Positions 62,067 to 64,000 of a stretch of 64,000 bases of DNA are shown in pieces. The notes below the pieces were generated by a model. The model made no database searches. It saw nothing but the letters and a program-made list of their open reading frames with translations, and was not told where the DNA came from. A program made the position numbers and the translations under genes. The number at the start of each line of letters is the position of its first letter. Positions within the stretch are counted from its first letter, which is position 1. Origin of the DNA: Polyangiales bacterium (GTDB lineage: Bacteria > Myxococcota_A > Polyangia > Polyangiales > CBDCBC01); NCBI GenBank assembly GCA_965214225.1, contig OZ243942.1:2583779-2647778 (forward strand). The letters run 5' to 3'.

Positions 62067-62481
62067 GCTTTCGTCCTCAAGACCTGTCCTAACGCACCTA
62101 GTTGCGCGCCGGTGGGTCAGTGCGCGCCGGTGGGTCAGTGCGCGCCAGGAGGTCTTCGCGTGGAGTCCTCCATGGTCGCAGGAGTGAAACGACGAGCCAC
62201 ACGTGCTTCCGGGAGGGCGACCAAGCTCGCACGACGGTCTCAAGGACCTCGAACTCTGACGGTCTACCCTCCCGGGGCACACCTTGACAACCACTTTACC
62301 GGCCGCTTGCTAACATACAAGAACTCTGGCCGTGCTTCTGCAATCCCAGCGCTCGGATCAGCTAGGACACCTGCACGTTTACCTTCCAACGTACCGAAAC
62401 ACCACCGTTAGCTGCTCCCGCGTTCAGTGCACGAGCCGCGCTCTGGTGCAGAAGCCCTGCCGCAGAAGCCCTGACGCAGAG

Positions 62482-63048
62482 CTACAGTGGGCAGTTCCAT
62501 GATCCCGAGTAGACGAACTCTCGCTGCGGTCGGCGAGAGCGGGTTGACTGCTCCTCGTCGTCTGATGGGTGCCCCAGCGCGAGTGCAGCCACCACGTCAA
62601 ACTCCTCGGGAACGGCAAAAGTTGCACGGATCTTTTCGCGGTCGATGCCCGCCATCTGATGGGCAACAAGGCCCCTGTCGGTCGCCTCCACGACAAGCTG
62701 CGCAGTGGCCTGACCGACGTCATGCCATGCGTGCCGATTCTCTTTGCCATTGCGAGCAAAGAAGCGGTGAGCGAACGCGAGTGCCAGGACTGCAGCTTCC
62801 TTCGCCCAAGCTTGATTGGTAGGGACTAGACAATCGACAACGGCCTGAAAGTCTCTGGTCTGCTCGTGCGTTGCCACGAGGTAGCGCCACGGCTGCTCGT
62901 TGAAGCTTGAGGGAGCCCAGCGTGCGGCTTCAAAGAGGCTGCGGATCACCCCAGTCTTGACCGCGGCATCAGAGAATAACCGCGGGCTATGCCGTCGCTC
63001 AAGCACGGCGGCGATGGGATGCTCTAGGTTTGAGGTAGTTGCGCTCAT
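62482..63048 (-). CDS. Nitroreductase-family protein
   Basis: 188-aa ORF with RHSPRLFSD and APSSFNEQPWRYLVA motifs. Confidence 0.85.
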   Translation of the reverse strand: MSATTSNLEHPIAAVLERRHSPRLFSDAAVKTGVIRSLFEAARWAPSSFNEQPWRYLVATHEQTRDFQAVVDCLVPTNQAWAKEAAVLALAFAHRFFARNGKENRHAWHDVGQATAQLVVEATDRGLVAHQMAGIDREKIRATFAVPEEFDVVAALALGHPSDDEEQSTRSRRPQREFVYSGSWNCPL

Positions 63049-63237
63049 GGATCGTGTTCTTTAGCAACGGAGAGTAGGGCGCAAGGAGTTGATGCGGAAA
63101 CGGATTGTGGTAAGCCACTTCGCGTCCATCGACGGATGTGCTACACCCCAGGGCTTAGAGAGCCTCAGATATAAGAGTGAGAACAGAAGAGGCCGCTCCC
63201 AAAGGTGAGAGCGGCTACAAAGCAGCGGTAGGTCATC

Positions 63238-63585
63238 ATGCAAGCAACGCCTCGTCAGCAAGTCACAGAAACTTACACCGATAAACAGACCCTGGTGAAG
63301 GCCATCGAGTCACTCACAAAGGACGACCTTTGGATCGACAGGGTGAGTGCGAAGGGTCTCGAGCGCATCTCGAACAAGAAGCTTATGCGCCTGCACGCAC
63401 GACTGATGGAGCTAAAAGAGAACTTCTCCAGTCGAGCCAAGCTCGTCGACGCTGTGGCCGAGCTACAGGGTCATGCCAAGGATGCTGACTACAAGGCGCG
63501 TCTCCAGGAGTACCCCGCGCCGAGGCTGCTGGACATGCATAGGGCGCTGACGAAGCGGCAGGCTGCAAAGGGAGAGGCACGCTAA
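63238..63585 (+). CDS. Hypothetical helical protein (115 aa)
   Basis: An ORF of reasonable composition with no competing ORF. No motif recognised. Confidence 0.45.
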   Translation: MQATPRQQVTETYTDKQTLVKAIESLTKDDLWIDRVSAKGLERISNKKLMRLHARLMELKENFSSRAKLVDAVAELQGHAKDADYKARLQEYPAPRLLDMHRALTKRQAAKGEAR

Positions 63586-63605
63586 GCGCCGTCTCGGGGC
63601 CCCTG

Positions 63606-63676
63606 AACCTAGCCGCTCTAAACCTAGCCGCTCTAAACCTAGCCGCTCTAAACCTAGCCGCTCTAAACCTAGCCGG
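63606..63676. repeat. 15-bp tandem array x4.7 (AACCTAGCCGCTCTA)
   Basis: Four perfect units plus an 11-nt partial unit, starting 21 nt after the stop at 63585. Confidence 0.95.
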
Positions 63677-63870
63677 TCGTATGGTGTCCGGTTGTACTGC
63701 GCGCGGTGCACTGGCCATACAATGGCATCCGTGGCTTCCATTGGGAGGTCAGGTGCTTGTGTTGGGGGTTTACGGGGTAGGTCGTCGCCTGCGCCACAGG
63801 CACGAGAGTTGATACGGCTTCTTCAACCAGGGCCCTTACTTCGGAGGCCCGAGGGGAATAGTGGCAATCC

Positions 63871-64000
63871 ATGTCAGATGCAGTTGCTGAACGCGGAGTG
63901 GTAGTTCCCTTCGACCTGCTGAGCGCCGAGGCTCTCGAGGGCGTCATCGACGACTACATCACCCGCGAGGGAACGGAGTATGGCCATGCCGAGCAATCGC
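63871..64000 (+). CDS. YheU-family (UPF0270) protein, truncated by window edge
   Basis: ATG 63871 gives MSDAVAERGVVVPFDLLSAEALEGVIDDYITREGTEYGHAEQS. The L..E.L..(L/V)I..(F/Y)(V/I).REGT(D/E)YG pattern matches E. coli YheU as I recall it. Confidence 0.65.
   Translation, partial: MSDAVAERGVVVPFDLLSAEALEGVIDDYITREGTEYGHAEQS

Overview
GC-rich (high-50s to about 60% by eye, not computed) chromosomal segment from a Gram-negative bacterium. It carries a TolC/RND efflux operon, lipobox lipoproteins and ECF sigma/anti-sigma pairs. The style resembles Myxococcota/Bradymonadia-like organisms, but taxonomy cannot be established from this window. Main blocks follow. (1) 2.3-18.7 kb is one co-directional glucan/trehalose operon: glgE, treS-maltokinase fusion, malQ, glgB, treZ, glgX, treY. 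(2) 20.4-22.8 kb is a minus-strand trio: a repeat-rich disordered anchored protein, a holin-X-like membrane protein and a DUF3618-like protein. (3) 23.3-29.4 kb is housekeeping: AI-2E transporter, RpoH-like sigma, surE, PfkB kinase, PhoD-like phosphatase. (4) 29.7-34.2 kb is an accessory islet and the most unusual part of the window. It holds a ZAS-type anti-sigma factor, a sigma-region-4-only ECF remnant, a secreted caspase-like C14 peptidase, two different MITE-like elements with target-site duplications, and an MNT/HepT-like (nucleotidyltransferase/HEPN) toxin-antitoxin pair. (5) 34.4-41.7 kb clusters general-stress-type genes (PfpI/YhbO-like, YdaD/YghA-like SDR, YciE-like ferritin fold, DUF427, small proteins, lipoproteins). 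(6) 42.0-47.9 kb is a MFP-RND-TolC efflux operon. (7) The rest holds a second AI-2E transporter, a PRC-barrel protein, tRNA-Pro and tRNA-Arg, a UvrD/PcrA helicase, an ECF sigma operon, a TrmH-family methyltransferase, PBP1A, a ZIP transporter, a repeat-domain lipoprotein, a nitroreductase and a YheU-like fragment. The strongest non-genic signal is a very high density of short perfect tandem arrays (6-30 bp units, up to 21 copies). In coding regions these are always frame-preserving. A roughly 40-nt sequence module is also shared between otherwise unrelated repeat elements. I found no CRISPR array, rRNA, prophage or transposase gene, and no recognisable complete defence system other than the MNT/HepT pair. 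All family assignments come from motif recognition by eye and need database confirmation.
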